Notes under the pieces: model-generated
The model's database searches: none
What the model was told of the DNA's origin: nothing
What the model saw: only the letters and a program-made list of their open reading frames with translations
Origin: an uncultured Pelagibacteraceae bacterium
GTDB taxonomy: Bacteria; Pseudomonadota; Alphaproteobacteria; Pelagibacterales; Pelagibacteraceae
NCBI GenBank assembly: GCA_902589455.1
Contig: CACISX010000004.1
Span: 6,445 to 70,444, forward strand
DNA length: 64,000 nucleotides
Reading direction: 5' to 3'
Program-made: the position numbers and the translations under genes
Shown here: positions 49,746 through 59,766 of the stretch, one piece after another
Layout: each line of letters opens with the position of its first letter
How positions within the stretch are numbered: the stretch's first letter is position 1

Positions 49746-51241
49746 TTACAGCTTCTTCTTTTATCTACACCTTTCGACAAGGTCATGTTTGGATTTACTT
49801 TAATTGCAGTAACACCTCCAAAAACTCTATTAGGTTTATTGTATATTTTAATTTTAATTTTTTTATTTTTTAAAAATTTAAATTGCTTTTTAAATCCTTT
49901 TTCAGCTAAAATTTGATTACCTTGATTATGTCTTATTCTTGGTAAATTTATAGCTTTCTGAATTTTATATCCATAATTATAAATATAATTTAATATTTGA
50001 AAAATTGTTTGAGGTTGTCCGTGATCTCCTGGAGTTGAGATTGATAAATCAAGTTTGTTATTATCTAAAATAATAGCTGGACATAAGGTGTGAAATGGTC
50101 TTTTTTGAGATTTAAGAATATTAAAACCTTTTTTTGAAATTTTTTCTAAATACATTCTATTATGAAAAACTACACCAGTTTGAGGAGAAACAATTCCACT
50201 CCCAAATTCCTCAAATAAACTTTGAACCCAACTTACAGCATTGCCGTTTTTGTCAACAACAACTAAAGTGCTTGTATCTCCAAAATTTTTTTTAAAATCT
50301 TTTGTAATATTTTTGAAATCATTAAAATTAATTTGTTTTTTTTTAAAAAAATCAGAAACACTTGGATCTAAACAATATTTATCTCTTATTGAAAAAACTT
50401 TTTTTTTAAAATCTAAGTAATTATTTAAATTTATTTTTTTATTTATATTATTGAATAATTTACATAATCCAATCAATGCCAAACCCTGTGAATTGGGGGG
50501 TGCGGAAAAAATTTTTTTATTGAAATAATCTGTGCTAATAGGTCTTTGTATTAATGTTGAATGATTAATAAAATCTTTTTTACTTAAAATAGCACCTTGT
50601 TTCTTTAAATCATCTACCATCTTATCACATAAATCTCCCTTATAAAAAAATTTAGAGCCAAACTTCCCTAAAACTCTTAAAGTTTTAGCTAATTTTTTTT
50701 GTTTTATGATTTTTCCAAATTTTATGTCTTTTGGTAAACCATAGATATTAGATAAATTTTTATTTTTTTTTATTAGATCTTTGTAAACATTTCCTTTAAA
50801 AAAATTATATAAATAGTGGTCAACTTTAATTCCATTTTCAGCAAGTTTAATCGCATCTTCTAAGATATCTTTAAGTTTCTTTGTTCCATATTTTTTTAAT
50901 GATGTTTCCCAGGCATGAATTACTCCTGGAACTGTAATTGAAAGCGAGCTTTTTTGTGGAATTTCTTTTAATCCTAGATTTTTAAAGTATCTAACACTTG
51001 CTTTTTTAGGTGATCTACCGGATCCATTAATTGTATAAACTTTTTTTTTTTTTGAAGAATAGTAAAGCGCAATACTGTCCCCACCTAATCCATTCATATT
51101 TGGTATAGCTACAGCTAAAGTAGAGGCAGCAGCTATGGCTGCATCTATGGCATTACCACCTTTTTTTAAAATTTTAATTCCAGATTTTGTTGCTTCTTTA
51201 TGGCCGCTAACAACCATGCCATAATTAGTTTTTAGCTTCAT
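49742..51241 (-). CDS. ggt: Gamma-glutamyltransferase family Ntn hydrolase (YwrD/HpxW-like, no signal peptide)
   Basis: GGNAIDAAIA, GLGGD, VPG, PPNSQG, GDT nucleophile site, KRPFHTLCP, PGDHGQPQ. Confidence 0.85.
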   Translation of the reverse strand: MKLKTNYGMVVSGHKEATKSGIKILKKGGNAIDAAIAAASTLAVAIPNMNGLGGDSIALYYSSKKKKVYTINGSGRSPKKASVRYFKNLGLKEIPQKSSLSITVPGVIHAWETSLKKYGTKKLKDILEDAIKLAENGIKVDHYLYNFFKGNVYKDLIKKNKNLSNIYGLPKDIKFGKIIKQKKLAKTLRVLGKFGSKFFYKGDLCDKMVDDLKKQGAILSKKDFINHSTLIQRPISTDYFNKKIFSAPPNSQGLALIGLCKLFNNINKKINLNNYLDFKKKVFSIRDKYCLDPSVSDFFKKKQINFNDFKNITKDFKKNFGDTSTLVVVDKNGNAVSWVQSLFEEFGSGIVSPQTGVVFHNRMYLEKISKKGFNILKSQKRPFHTLCPAIILDNNKLDLSISTPGDHGQPQTIFQILNYIYNYGYKIQKAINLPRIRHNQGNQILAEKGFKKQFKFLKNKKIKIKIYNKPNRVFGGVTAIKVNPNMTLSKGVDKRRSCN

Positions 51242-51243
51242 GT

Positions 51244-52449
51244 TTAATTTTTTAAATCAAAAAGTTTTTGACTGTAGTTTGTTAATCTTTCCGCACCTTT
51301 TTTTTTAACGACAAAAGTTTCACTAATAACTATTCCAAATTTTTCCATCCATAAAGCTGGTATACAGTGGAAAGTCATATTTTCATGAATAATATTTTTA
51401 TCACCTTTTCTTAAACTTGTTGTAAGTTCTCCCCAAGTTGGTGGATATCCAATACCAACTGGGTATCCAATTCTAGAATCTTTTTCAATATTGTATTTAG
51501 AAATTACTTTTTTCCACACTTCTTCTAAATCATGTCCTGAAACTCCTGGTTTCACTCTATCTAGAACAGAATTTAAACCTTCTTTAATAATTTCAGCTAT
51601 TCTAAGTATTTTTTCTGGTGCTTTACCCATATAAATACATCGCGCGAGTGGCACGTGATATCTATGCTTAGCGCCTCCAAGTTCTAAATAAAAAATTTCG
51701 TTCTTTTTTAGTTTTTTATCTGTCCAACTTAAATGTGGTGCACTACAATATTCACCAACCATAGCGTTAGGGGGTTTGCAGGTAAAAGTTCCTCCTACTT
51801 TTTTTGTGCCACTGGTTGTAGTTTTATTTAATTCAGCAATTACATCACACTGTCGAATACCTGGTTTTGCTTTTTTCATTGCATTCTTCATAGCTAAATT
51901 TGCTATTTGTCCAGCTTGTTTCATGTATAACAACTCTTGATCTGATTTTATCATTCTTACCCAGTTCACAAGTAAAAAAGCATCAAAAAACTTAGATTGG
52001 CTTAAATTTTTTTTCAAAATTTGATGCCATTTTGCAGAATAATAGTAGTCATCCATTTCAACACCAATATTTTTTTTATGCCATTTTTTTTTCTTTATGA
52101 ATTCTACAAGAAAATTCATTGGGTGTTTAATGGTTGAGGCTACATATGTATCTGGATATGAGACAATATGATTTTTATTAAGAAATGATGTGAACTTTGC
52201 CCCAACTGCATCCATTCTTCTACCAATCCAATATGGTTGAGCATCATTTATATGGATTAAAACCATTTGAGGTGTATAAAAAGACCATCCATCATATCCT
52301 GTAAGATAAAACTGGTTGGCGGGGTTGGAAATTAATAATATTTCAATTCCTTTTTCTATCATTTTTAGTTTTACTTTATTAATTCTAGAAATGAATTCTT
52401 TTTTGGAAAATATAATTTCCTTACCAAAATAATTAAAATATTTTTTCAT
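51244..52449 (-). CDS. M24-fold hydrolase, ectoine hydrolase DoeA-like
   Basis: LTGYDGWSFY, WIGRRMD, LVNWVR.IKS, SAPHLSW, RYHVPLAR, KDSRIGYP.G..YPP.WGE.T.SLR. Confidence 0.8.
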   Translation of the reverse strand: MKKYFNYFGKEIIFSKKEFISRINKVKLKMIEKGIEILLISNPANQFYLTGYDGWSFYTPQMVLIHINDAQPYWIGRRMDAVGAKFTSFLNKNHIVSYPDTYVASTIKHPMNFLVEFIKKKKWHKKNIGVEMDDYYYSAKWHQILKKNLSQSKFFDAFLLVNWVRMIKSDQELLYMKQAGQIANLAMKNAMKKAKPGIRQCDVIAELNKTTTSGTKKVGGTFTCKPPNAMVGEYCSAPHLSWTDKKLKKNEIFYLELGGAKHRYHVPLARCIYMGKAPEKILRIAEIIKEGLNSVLDRVKPGVSGHDLEEVWKKVISKYNIEKDSRIGYPVGIGYPPTWGELTTSLRKGDKNIIHENMTFHCIPALWMEKFGIVISETFVVKKKGAERLTNYSQKLFDLKN

Positions 52450-52505
52450 TTTAAAAAATAAGATATTTCAGTTTTAAAATTAAATATAAACTATATATTA
52501 TTATT

Positions 52506-53117
52506 GTGTTAGAAGAATTTATAATATTAACCAATATTATTTTTATTACCATTATATTAACTGCTGATAATGCAGTAATTGTTGGATCGATTGCTTCAAA
52601 TTTTGTTCCAAAAAATAGAAAACAAATAATTCTTTGGGGTGTAATTGGAGCCTTCGTTTTTAAAATCTTTTTTGCAATTTTCGCAACTTTTTTATTTGAA
52701 TTTTATTTTATAAAGATTTTGGGTGGTTTGTTATTAATTTGGATTGTAAATGATTTAAGGAAAGATTTGTTAGACATTAAAAAAGTAAAACCCACTTCAA
52801 AAAAGATGAAAGAACCTTCATACATTAGTAGTATTGGAAAAGTTTTATTTGCAGATATCATGATTAGTTTTGATAATGTCATTGGTGTAGTTGCGGCAGC
52901 AAAAGGATATTTTGGATTCATGATATTTGGACTAATGTTATCAGTTGTTTTAACTGGTGCTTTAGCAACATATATGGCTAATTTTATACAAAGACATATT
53001 TGGATAGCTTATGTTGGTTTAGTGTTTATCTTAATTGTTGGTCTTCAACTAGTAATTGGTGGATTAGTAGACCTTGAAATATTAAATATTAATGAAGAAT
53101 TTAAAAAATACTTTTAA
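52506..53117 (+). CDS. TerC/YjbE family membrane protein
   Basis: L..DNAVIV, ADIMISFDNVIGV..AAKG. Confidence 0.85.
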   Translation: MLEEFIILTNIIFITIILTADNAVIVGSIASNFVPKNRKQIILWGVIGAFVFKIFFAIFATFLFEFYFIKILGGLLLIWIVNDLRKDLLDIKKVKPTSKKMKEPSYISSIGKVLFADIMISFDNVIGVVAAAKGYFGFMIFGLMLSVVLTGALATYMANFIQRHIWIAYVGLVFILIVGLQLVIGGLVDLEILNINEEFKKYF

Positions 53118-53891
53118 TTAATAAGAGTTATTTTTATTTGGAAATTTAATTTTTCTTACATCTTTTGAATAATTTGAAACAGCTTTAGAAATTTCATTTC
53201 TAATATTTGCATATTTTTTTACAAACCTATAATTGATTGGATTTAATCCAATTAAATCATCAAAAACTAATATTTGACCATCGCAAAATTTAGAGGCTCC
53301 AATTCCAATAGTTGGTACCTTTAAATTTTGAGTCACAAACTTTGCTAAAGATGTTTCAATACATTCTAAAACAATTGAAAATACTCCAGCTTTTTCTAAT
53401 AATTGCGCGTCCTTTATAATGTTGTCTCTATCTAACTTTTTTTTTCCTTTAAACTTGAATGTTTTATCTGACTGAGGAAGCAAACCTAAATGACCCATAA
53501 CTGGAATTTTATTTTTAACTAAAATTTTAACTGTTTCGTAAATTTTTTTTCCACCCTCTAATTTCACAGCGTCACATTTAGTTTTTAACATTATTTTTTT
53601 TGCATTTTTTAAAGCTTCTTTTGAATTTCGATAGGTATTATGTGGCATATCAACAACCATTAAAGCTTTTTTAATTCCCATTCTGACACTCTTTGAATGT
53701 TCAATCATCATATGTAGAGATACTTCTCTAGTAGATTTATAATTATATAAAACTGAACCAAGTGAATCTCCTACAAGAATAATATCACAATGGTTATCTA
53801 AAATTGATGCTACGTTTTTTGAGTAAGCAGTTAAACTTACAATTTTTTTTTTATTTTTTTTTTTAATTAAATCTGTAATTTTTTTTTTCAT
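53118..53891 (-). CDS. panB: 3-methyl-2-oxobutanoate hydroxymethyltransferase
   Basis: LTAY, LVGDSLG, VVDMP, VKLEGG, GHLGLLPQ, PTIGIGA..CDGQILV. Confidence 0.95.
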   Translation of the reverse strand: MKKKITDLIKKKNKKKIVSLTAYSKNVASILDNHCDIILVGDSLGSVLYNYKSTREVSLHMMIEHSKSVRMGIKKALMVVDMPHNTYRNSKEALKNAKKIMLKTKCDAVKLEGGKKIYETVKILVKNKIPVMGHLGLLPQSDKTFKFKGKKKLDRDNIIKDAQLLEKAGVFSIVLECIETSLAKFVTQNLKVPTIGIGASKFCDGQILVFDDLIGLNPINYRFVKKYANIRNEISKAVSNYSKDVRKIKFPNKNNSY

Positions 53892-53895
53892 CGAC

Positions 53896-54315
53896 CTACC
53901 AAGAGCCGGTATTTTCCATTGAAGCCCAAGGTTCTTTAGGTTCTAGATTTCCTTCTTGAAGTATTTCAATCGATATTTTGTCTGGTGATCTAACAAAAGC
54001 CATATGACCATCTCTTGGTGGTCTATTAATAGTATAGCCCATATCCTTTAATCTTTGACAGGTTTCATAAATATTATCTACTCTATATGCAAGATGGCCA
54101 AAATTTCTTGAACCTTCACCAAGCTCGTCCCCATCCCAATTATAAGTTAATTCTATTTCTGCTTTTTCATCGTTTGGTGCTGCAAGAAAAATTAAAGTAA
54201 ATCTGCCTTTTTCATTTTCCATTCTTCTCGTTTCTTTTAAGCCAAGACCCTCACAAAAAAACCTCAAAGACTCATCTACATTTTTTATTCTAATCATTGT
54301 GTGCAAATATTTCAT
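53896..54315 (-). CDS. gloA: Lactoylglutathione lyase (glyoxalase I, VOC family)
   Basis: YLHTMIR, GRFTLIFL, ELTYNWD, FGHLAY. Confidence 0.85.
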   Translation of the reverse strand: MKYLHTMIRIKNVDESLRFFCEGLGLKETRRMENEKGRFTLIFLAAPNDEKAEIELTYNWDGDELGEGSRNFGHLAYRVDNIYETCQRLKDMGYTINRPPRDGHMAFVRSPDKISIEILQEGNLEPKEPWASMENTGSW

Positions 54316-54337
54316 AGGCTTTATTTATATTTAAAAA

Positions 54338-55900
54338 CTATTCTAATTCAATAGTGCTTGGGGGTTTTGAAGTAACATCATACACCACTCTGTTTATACC
54401 CCTTATACTATTAACTATTTTATTTGATATAGTTTGCATAAAAGACCTTTTAAATTCATAATAGTCTGCTGTCATTCCATCTTCAGAAGTAATTGCTCTC
54501 AATAAACATAAATATTCATAAGTACGATTGTCTCCCATAACACCCACGGTTTTTACTGGAAGTAATGCTGCATATGCCTGCCAAATCTTATGATAAAGTC
54601 CGCAATCTTTTAACGCTTGGATGAAATAATAATCAGCTTCTTTTAAAATTTTTATTTTTTCGTTTGTAATTATACCTGGCATTCGAATAGCCAAGCCTGG
54701 TCCTGGAAAAGGATGTCTTGAAATTATTTCTTTATTTAAATTTAACTCTAATCCTAATTTTCTTACCTCATCCTTAAATAAGAATTTTAGTGGTTCTACT
54801 AATTTTAAATTCATTTTTTTTGGCAGACCACCAACATTATGATGTGATTTAATTTTAGAGGTTTGGCTACCAGTAACGGATTTACTCTCAATTAAATCTG
54901 GATAAAGAGTACCCTGAGCTAAAAATTTAACATTTTTAATTTTCTTAGCATACCGTTCAAAAATTTTAATGAATAAATTACCAATTATTTTTCTTTTTTT
55001 CTCTGGATCAGAAACATTTTTTAATTTTTTTAAAAACTCTTTTTCAGCATTTACATAAATCAGATTAATCTTTAAACGCTTCTTAAAAGTTTGAACTACT
55101 TGTACTTCTTCGTTTTTTCTTAGAAGGCCAGTATTTACAAAAATACAATAAAGTTTTTTACCAATAGCTTTATTCAGTAATTGAGCAACTACACTACTAT
55201 CAACGCCTCCTGATAATGCACATATAACTTTGTTATTTCCAACTTGTTTTCTAACATTTTTAATAAGCTGATTTTTTTGATCCTTAGAGGACCAATTTTT
55301 TTTAATTTTACAAATTAAAAAAATAAAGTTACTTATTAATCTCGTCCCATTTTCAGTATGAGTTACCTCTGGGTGAAATTGCACTCCATAATATTTTTTT
55401 ATTTTATTTTCAACAATAGCGAATTTTGAATTAGTGCTTGATGCAACAACTTTAAAATTCTTGGGAAGTTTTGAAACTTGATCAGCATGGCTCATCCAAA
55501 CTTGTTTGTAATTTTTATTTCCAAAAAAATTAGTTGTTAAAAGACTATTATTTTTTTTATAAACATTAGCTAGACCAAATTCTCTATGTTTTGATTGTTT
55601 AACTCTTCCACCATTGAGTTTTGATAAAATTTGATGCCCAAAGCATATTCCAAGAACTGGTATTTCAAGCTTTAGAATTTTTTTATCAAATGAATACTTT
55701 TTTATTTGATAAACATTTAATGGACCACCAGATAATACTATTCCTTTAATGCTGGTATTTATATCTTTTAGTTTTATTTTTTTGTGACTAATTATTTCTG
55801 AAAAAATACCTAATTCTCTTACTCTTCTTGCTATTAATTGGGTAAATTGAGAACCAAAATCTATTATTAAGATTTTATTCAAATTTTGATCAAGACTCAT
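54338..55900 (-). CDS. guaA: GMP synthase (glutamine-hydrolysing)
   Basis: [48 protein letters not shown]. Confidence 0.97.
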   Translation of the reverse strand: MSLDQNLNKILIIDFGSQFTQLIARRVRELGIFSEIISHKKIKLKDINTSIKGIVLSGGPLNVYQIKKYSFDKKILKLEIPVLGICFGHQILSKLNGGRVKQSKHREFGLANVYKKNNSLLTTNFFGNKNYKQVWMSHADQVSKLPKNFKVVASSTNSKFAIVENKIKKYYGVQFHPEVTHTENGTRLISNFIFLICKIKKNWSSKDQKNQLIKNVRKQVGNNKVICALSGGVDSSVVAQLLNKAIGKKLYCIFVNTGLLRKNEEVQVVQTFKKRLKINLIYVNAEKEFLKKLKNVSDPEKKRKIIGNLFIKIFERYAKKIKNVKFLAQGTLYPDLIESKSVTGSQTSKIKSHHNVGGLPKKMNLKLVEPLKFLFKDEVRKLGLELNLNKEIISRHPFPGPGLAIRMPGIITNEKIKILKEADYYFIQALKDCGLYHKIWQAYAALLPVKTVGVMGDNRTYEYLCLLRAITSEDGMTADYYEFKRSFMQTISNKIVNSIRGINRVVYDVTSKPPSTIELE

Positions 55901-56330
55901 TATTTTCAGGTTCTATATTTTTTAATGACTCTTGAATATCTTTGTTTTCATCACATAAATTTTTACAAACTTTTACAAATTTATCTGAAAGATCCTTGAC
56001 TTTTTCGTAATTTGATTTTTGTAATGCAATTTTCATTAACATAAATAAAGCTTCTTCATTATCTGGCTCAATTAATAGTGTTGTTTCTAAATTGTATTCT
56101 TCTTTTCTTTGATTTTCTTCTTGGTTGTAAATTTTTGCTAAATATAAGTATGAATTTGCGTCTTTTGGATTAAAAACTATATTTCTCTCAAATAAAAAAC
56201 GCGCATCCTCGTATTTTTCTTTTTTAAACAATTCTAAAGCTTCATTAAAAAAATTTTCTTTACTAAAAGACGTACTGTTAAAAGAAGCTGTTAAAATTAT
56301 TAATCCTATTAATCTTAAAAATTTACTCAT
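55890..56330 (-). CDS. Secreted TPR-like protein
   Basis: Signal peptide; FNEALELF....YEDA...F...[17 protein letters not shown] pattern. Confidence 0.75.
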   Translation of the reverse strand: MSKFLRLIGLIILTASFNSTSFSKENFFNEALELFKKEKYEDARFLFERNIVFNPKDANSYLYLAKIYNQEENQRKEEYNLETTLLIEPDNEEALFMLMKIALQKSNYEKVKDLSDKFVKVCKNLCDENKDIQESLKNIEPENNES

Positions 56331-57406
56331 TAATATTTACTATCGTTTTTTACCACATCTACATTATGAACCATACTTTCATAAAATCCAGCTTTTGTAA
56401 TTTTTACAAATTGTGGTTTATTTCTTAATTTAATGATTTTTTTTGACCCAAGATAACCCATAGAAGATTTCAATCCACCAATTAATTTATAAATGATACT
56501 CCCAACATCTCCTTTATATTTTACAAAACCTTCAACACCCTCAGGTACATATTTTGAGGAATCTTTCTGTTTTTTTTGAAAGTATCTATCTGCTGACCCT
56601 TTATTCATGGCTCCAACAGAACCCATTCCTCTAAATCTTTTGAAAAGTTGTCCATTTTTTTTAATTAATTTTCCTGGGGTTTCATTTGTACCTGCAAATA
56701 ACGAGCCAATCATTACTGCATCAGCTCCTGCAGCAAAAGCTTTTGCTAAATCACCAGAATATTTTATTCCACCATCTGAAATTATTTTAACATTTTTATT
56801 TTTTAGACCACTTCTTACAGATAAAATTGCGCTTAATTGAGGAACTCCTATTCCTGCAACTAATCTTGTTGTGCAAATAGAACCTGGCCCGATACCAATT
56901 TTAATTATATCTACCCCTAACTTTATTAGGAATTTTGCAGCTTCTAGTGTTGCTATATTACCTGCGCATAACGCAATTTTTTTAGTCTTTATTTTTTTTA
57001 TATATTTAATTATTTCAGCAACTTTCTTTGTATGGCCGTGAGCAGTGTCTACTACAATTAAATCAACACCTTCTTTAATTATTTCTTTAGCTCTAACAAA
57101 CTCATTTGGTGCTGCACCTACAGCAGCTCCAACAATTAGTTTTTGTTTTTTAACTTTTTTTATCTCTGATAATTGTTTTTTAATATCAATGTTTCTGTGA
57201 ATTACTCCGATACCACCGGCTTTAGCCATAGCTATTGCCATTCTGCTCTCTGTAACAGTATCCATTGCAGATGATAAAAGTGGAATTTTAAGTTTCAAAT
57301 TCTTTGTTAATGACAAACTCGTATCTGCATCAGAAGGTAATATTTCTGAATACTTTGGAGCTAAAGTAACATCATCAAAGGTAAGTGCTTCTTTTATAGG
57401 AACCAT
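56330..57406 (-). CDS. guaB: IMP dehydrogenase (short form without CBS domains)
   Basis: [40 protein letters not shown]. Confidence 0.95.
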   Translation of the reverse strand: MVPIKEALTFDDVTLAPKYSEILPSDADTSLSLTKNLKLKIPLLSSAMDTVTESRMAIAMAKAGGIGVIHRNIDIKKQLSEIKKVKKQKLIVGAAVGAAPNEFVRAKEIIKEGVDLIVVDTAHGHTKKVAEIIKYIKKIKTKKIALCAGNIATLEAAKFLIKLGVDIIKIGIGPGSICTTRLVAGIGVPQLSAILSVRSGLKNKNVKIISDGGIKYSGDLAKAFAAGADAVMIGSLFAGTNETPGKLIKKNGQLFKRFRGMGSVGAMNKGSADRYFQKKQKDSSKYVPEGVEGFVKYKGDVGSIIYKLIGGLKSSMGYLGSKKIIKLRNKPQFVKITKAGFYESMVHNVDVVKNDSKY

Positions 57407-57443
57407 AATCTTTTATATACGATTCCTTTTAAATTAAAAGTCT

Positions 57444-58055
57444 CTATCGAATTTTTCTACAAATTATGAAGCTTTCTTTTGAGTCTTTTCTACTAGATTT
57501 TGGTTTAAAAACCTTAACTTCTTTAAAATATTTTTTTCCCTCTGCGACGATTTCGTTAAATGTACCACCCATAAAAATTTTAGAAATAAAATATCCATTG
57601 TCTTTAATTAAGTCTTTAGCGAAGAACATCGCCTCTTTGCATAGTTCTCCTGTTTGTATAGAATCAATATTTTTAATACCTGTTGTGTCTACAGCCATAT
57701 CTGACATCACAACGTCGACTTTACCATTTAAGTTTTTTTTAATTTCTTCTTGAGTTTTTTCTTGAGTGAAATCTCCTTGGATTTGAACACTGTTGCCTAT
57801 AGGTTCCATTTTTTTAAGATCTATAGATATCAATCTACCACTTTTAGCAGCTTTAACAGAGTATTGAGACCAGCTTCCTGGTGCAGCTCCTATATCGATT
57901 ACTGATAATCCGCCTTTAAAAATTTTAAATTTTTCATCAATTTCTATTAATTTATAAGCTGATCTAGCTCTATAACCATCTACTTTAGATTGTCTGACAT
58001 AAATATCTCTTCTTTGTTTATTGACCCAGTTTTTTGAAATTTTATTTTTTTTCAA
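57444..58055 (-). CDS. rlmE: 23S rRNA Um2552 methyltransferase
   Basis: YRARSAYKL.EID, DIGAAPGSWSQ, SDMA, KPKSSR..SKE. Confidence 0.95.
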   Translation of the reverse strand: MKKNKISKNWVNKQRRDIYVRQSKVDGYRARSAYKLIEIDEKFKIFKGGLSVIDIGAAPGSWSQYSVKAAKSGRLISIDLKKMEPIGNSVQIQGDFTQEKTQEEIKKNLNGKVDVVMSDMAVDTTGIKNIDSIQTGELCKEAMFFAKDLIKDNGYFISKIFMGGTFNEIVAEGKKYFKEVKVFKPKSSRKDSKESFIICRKIR

Positions 58056-58955
58056 TTATCTATTAAACCTAAGTTTCATTTCAACTAAACTGCCATCAGT
58101 AGCTTTTACTTTTGAAATAAAATTTTTATCATTTCTTATTTGGTCGTTATTTTTTCCTGCAAAATGTACGATGCCAATTTGATGATTTGGAAGATAAGGT
58201 TCAACTAATGTATTTTTTTCTTTATCAAATTTTAATGCTTCTATTAATGTCCAATTACAATAAGCTGGCAAAATCTCTACATTTAACCCATCGTGATAAA
58301 TTGTAATATTCATCGCTATTTGTTCTGAGCCCCAAATTTTTCCAGATTTTAATGCTGCTCTTAAATTTTTTTGCCAAGCTTCCCAATGAGATGCATTTGC
58401 TTCTAAAGCAAATACTCCTATATTTAGATGAGGCTTTAAAGCAACTTCTCTTGCTATTTTTTCCGAGAAACCTGAGGACTTTGCATGTTTATAATTCTGT
58501 GACTTAACTCTCGCAAAACTTCCAAATACCCATTCAGCTCTTAGAACTCTTCCATAGGCTCTATCTGCTGAGGTTGCAATAGATAGTTTATTATTTTCAC
58601 ATCCTTTTAAGTATAGCTCAATTGCACTCCATGAATTGATCCATGCATCAGCATCTATCCATAAATATTTTCTGTAACCAGGAAAATATTTTGGTAAAAA
58701 GGCTCTTGATACTTGGCTTTTAAGCCATTCTTTTCCTTTAACTTTAAATTCAGGTACCTGTATGTCCCAATCAGCTGATTTTATTTCATCAACTTTTTGT
58801 GAAAGCTGCTTTTTTTGTTCATCCGATAAACCTGCATCTAAAATACAGATTGCAGTATTTTCACTTTCTTTGAAGCGTTTAATGGAGTCAACTAATTCAT
58901 CTAACAACTCATAGTAATTAGAGTCTGCTAAAGATATAATGACGTTATCTTTCAT
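58056..58955 (-). CDS. GT-A fold glycosyltransferase-like protein (family 8-like)
   Basis: YLWIDADAW (DxD), NIGVF, EQIAMN, IVHFAG. Confidence 0.65.
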   Translation of the reverse strand: MKDNVIISLADSNYYELLDELVDSIKRFKESENTAICILDAGLSDEQKKQLSQKVDEIKSADWDIQVPEFKVKGKEWLKSQVSRAFLPKYFPGYRKYLWIDADAWINSWSAIELYLKGCENNKLSIATSADRAYGRVLRAEWVFGSFARVKSQNYKHAKSSGFSEKIAREVALKPHLNIGVFALEANASHWEAWQKNLRAALKSGKIWGSEQIAMNITIYHDGLNVEILPAYCNWTLIEALKFDKEKNTLVEPYLPNHQIGIVHFAGKNNDQIRNDKNFISKVKATDGSLVEMKLRFNR

Positions 58956-59764
58956 TAGAGAATATCTTCAAGATCGTCTTCATCATCTTTAAAGTTTTGA
59001 TCTTCATTTTGTTTTTTCAACTTTTGATAATGAAAAAAACTTATTGGAAGCATACCCAAATATATAATTGCACTTATAAATATTACATTAAATGTATAAA
59101 CAAGTAATAAACCAAAAAATAAAACTATTCCGAATAATAAAAAAATTGTTGTTCTTCTTTGTATAACAATTTTTTTAAACGAATAACTTGGAAATTTACT
59201 AATAAGTAATAAGGATGTTATAATAAAAAAAGTTGGAACAACAATATTATAATTGATTTGAATAAATTCAAAACTAGTCATGCTAAAAATTAATGGAGTT
59301 AATACTAAAATACCTCCTGCAGGAGATGGAACTCCTTCAAAAAAATTATCTTTCCATGATGGTGCCTGGCCAGTATTAATATTAAATCTAGCTAATCTCA
59401 ATGCTACGCAAATTACATAAATAAGACACAACAACCAGCCGAATCTACCCAATGTATTTAATTTCCAAAAATACATTATGAATGCAGGAGCTACTCCAAA
59501 ACTAATCATATCAGTTAATGAGTCTAATTCTTTTCCAACTTTTGATGTTGCTTTAATTAATCTAGCAATTCTTCCATCTAGCCCATCAATTATTGCAGCC
59601 AATATGATTGCTATAACTGCAAATTCAAACTTACCATCTAAAGCAAATCTAATTGAAGATAAGCCTATACAAACTCCAATTAGAGTAAGCATATTAGGCA
59701 AAATCACTCTTGCATTATTTTTTTTGTCAGTAACAACTTTCAAATTATTTTTTGGTTGTTCCAT
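58955..59764 (-). CDS. pssA: CDP-diacylglycerol-serine O-phosphatidyltransferase
   Basis: ILPNMLT, DGLDGRIAR...S..GKELDSL.D..SFGVAPA, LRLARFN. Confidence 0.9.
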   Translation of the reverse strand: MEQPKNNLKVVTDKKNNARVILPNMLTLIGVCIGLSSIRFALDGKFEFAVIAIILAAIIDGLDGRIARLIKATSKVGKELDSLTDMISFGVAPAFIMYFWKLNTLGRFGWLLCLIYVICVALRLARFNINTGQAPSWKDNFFEGVPSPAGGILVLTPLIFSMTSFEFIQINYNIVVPTFFIITSLLLISKFPSYSFKKIVIQRRTTIFLLFGIVLFFGLLLVYTFNVIFISAIIYLGMLPISFFHYQKLKKQNEDQNFKDDEDDLEDIL

Positions 59765-59766
59765 AT

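Larger units (their letters stand above)
39973..52449. other. Accessory catabolic gene cluster (11 genes, TRAP-linked) between pxpA/TPR and terC/panB
   Basis: Contiguous transport and catabolic genes, several extremely AT- and Lys-rich; no integrase or tRNA at the borders. Confidence 0.65.

Noticed and set aside
51041-51053. A13 homopolymer in the GGT-family gene as a phase-variation tract
   Set aside because: It is in frame (SKKKK), and long A/T runs are common in Lys-rich genes of this AT-rich genome. There is no evidence of switching without read data.
39973-52449. Catabolic cluster as an active mobile element or prophage
   Set aside because: No integrase, transposase, tRNA, att-like repeats or phage genes were seen at or inside the borders.
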